Assembly (NCBI GenBank): GCA_963662265.2
Contig: CAXXHA010000010.1
Coordinates: 128,001 to 192,000 of the forward strand
Source: Spirochaetia bacterium
GTDB lineage: Bacteria; Spirochaetota; Spirochaetia; CADAEX01
DNA: 64,000 nucleotides
Direction of reading: 5' to 3'
Part shown: piece by piece, positions 62,809-64,000 of the stretch
Layout of the letters: every line of letters begins with the position of its first letter
Numbering within the stretch: the stretch's first letter is position 1
Program-made: the position numbers and the translations under genes
Notes under the pieces: generated by a model
The model's input: the letters and a program-made list of their open reading frames with translations, nothing else
Databases searched by the model: none
Told to the model about the DNA's origin: nothing

Positions 62809-63583
62809 ATGAGCCTTCCTGAAAAAATGAAAATCATCCCCCTTACACCGGAAAATATTCTGGAATACGGATTCTGCGGATATAAAGATGCAGCAAAACA
62901 CAAGGAAATGACAAGAAAGGCAGACTGGTTCAGAAAGTATTATCCCAGAGGTCTCAGAATAAATATTCTCATGTCAGAAAAAAAACGGCAGCCAGGGGAT
63001 GATAGAATATATTCCGGGAGAGTATGCTCACCGCCCTGTAAAGGCAGACAACTATATGTTTATTCACTGCCTTTTTACCGGCTATAAGAAGGAATACAAA
63101 AACCAGGGCTACGGAAGCCTCCTGATAGAAAGCTGCATAAGCGAAGCAGAAAAACTCGGAAAGATCGGTGTTGTTGTCGTAACAAGAAAGGGATCTTTCA
63201 TGGCAAAGAAAGATATATTTATAAAAAAAGGATTCTGTGTTGTTGATAAAAGGAAACCTGACTTTGAATTACTGGAACTGAAATTAAAATCATCACCTGA
63301 CAATCCGGAATTCTCAAATATTTTTCCGGACAAGTATAAGGAAGGGCTTTTCATTCTCCGCTCTCCCCAATGTCCCTACACGGAAAAGAATGTAAAAGCA
63401 ATGGCAGGAACAGCAGAGAAAATGGGGCTTAACCCGGTAGTCGTTGATCTTAACGGGCATGAAGATGCCAGGAAAAATCCCAGCCCTTTCGGGACATTCG
63501 CACTGATATATAACGGGGAAATACTGAGCCACCACCCTATCAGCAATACAAGGTTCATGAATATCATGAAATCCATCTCATAA
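62809..63583 (+). pseudogene. GNAT + YoaP domain protein, split at an A-run
   Basis: ORFs 62809-63087 and 62999-63583 join if one A is removed near 62980; GMIEYIPGE, SPQCPY, SPFGTF. Confidence 0.8.
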
Positions 63584-63742
63584 TACGGAAATCCTGCTTA
63601 TTCATTTCAAGAGTCAGCCATTATGCGGAAAGACAAATTGCCTGGTGATATAAAATAATTTATATCTTCCTGCAAAATATAAACTATAAAAAATGATGCA
63701 GAATTGACTGTATATGGAAAAATACATGGAGTAAAATATTTC

Positions 63743-64000
63743 ATGATAAAAAAAATTACACTAAAAGATTTTGACATAGTAAAAGATTTGTTTAAAAGTG
63801 TGACTGCTGATATGAGTTCTGCCGGTATTGATCAGTGGGATGATAAATACCCGTCATACGATATATTAACAGAAGATATTACTTCGGGATCTGCTTTCGG
63901 TTATTTTATTGAAAATAAACCTGAAGCCTATATTGTTCTTAATGAAAAATATGACAGGGAATATGATGAAGTGGAATGGCAGTATGATCATGGCAATTCA
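63743..64000 (+). CDS. GNAT acetyltransferase (partial, runs off the window end)
   Basis: MIKKITLKDF...GIDQWDDKYPS...EYDEVEW. Confidence 0.75.
   Translation, partial: MIKKITLKDFDIVKDLFKSVTADMSSAGIDQWDDKYPSYDILTEDITSGSAFGYFIENKPEAYIVLNEKYDREYDEVEWQYDHGNS

Noticed and set aside
1-64000. tRNA or rRNA genes
   Set aside because: None recognised by eye; a tRNAscan or Rfam run would be needed to exclude them formally.

Overview
Bacterial chromosomal window. Lipoprotein/SBP signal peptides of the 'FAGG..E' type suggest a spirochaete (inference). 1-34.7 kb is housekeeping and metabolic DNA: an RpiR regulator with an ABC transporter, a beta-propeller sensor kinase with a NarL-type regulator, a citrate fermentation cluster (citCDEF-tctCBA-citXG, LysR, oadGAB), cobB, lnt and others. 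From 34.7 kb there is an integron-like platform. A divergently transcribed 266-aa tyrosine recombinase resembles IntI at both ends but lacks the IntI-specific insertion. It is followed by a Pc-like promoter, an attI-like GTT at 35644, and an array of at least 13-15 cassettes running to about 57 kb. The attC-like sites have a non-canonical geometry: AAC-A-[11 bp stem]...[stem]-NNAAC-GTT. Three ~170-bp sites each carry a conserved sigma70 promoter. Each young cassette has its own ~20-bp terminal inverted repeat, and unrelated cassettes share hairpin scaffolds. Cargo includes an ORF-less first cassette, a lipoprotein, a ~5-kb defence cassette (OLD-family nuclease interrupted by IS21, plus a BsuBI/PstI-type RM pair), a HigBA-type TA, and many GNAT and other small enzymes. 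An IS3 element has destroyed one attC. The sites decay with distance from attI. The distal end holds a chlI/chlD-like gene with an A_AAA_AAG -1 frameshift signal. Several single-base homopolymer frameshifts elsewhere may be sequencing errors. All calls were made by eye from motifs; no database searches were run.
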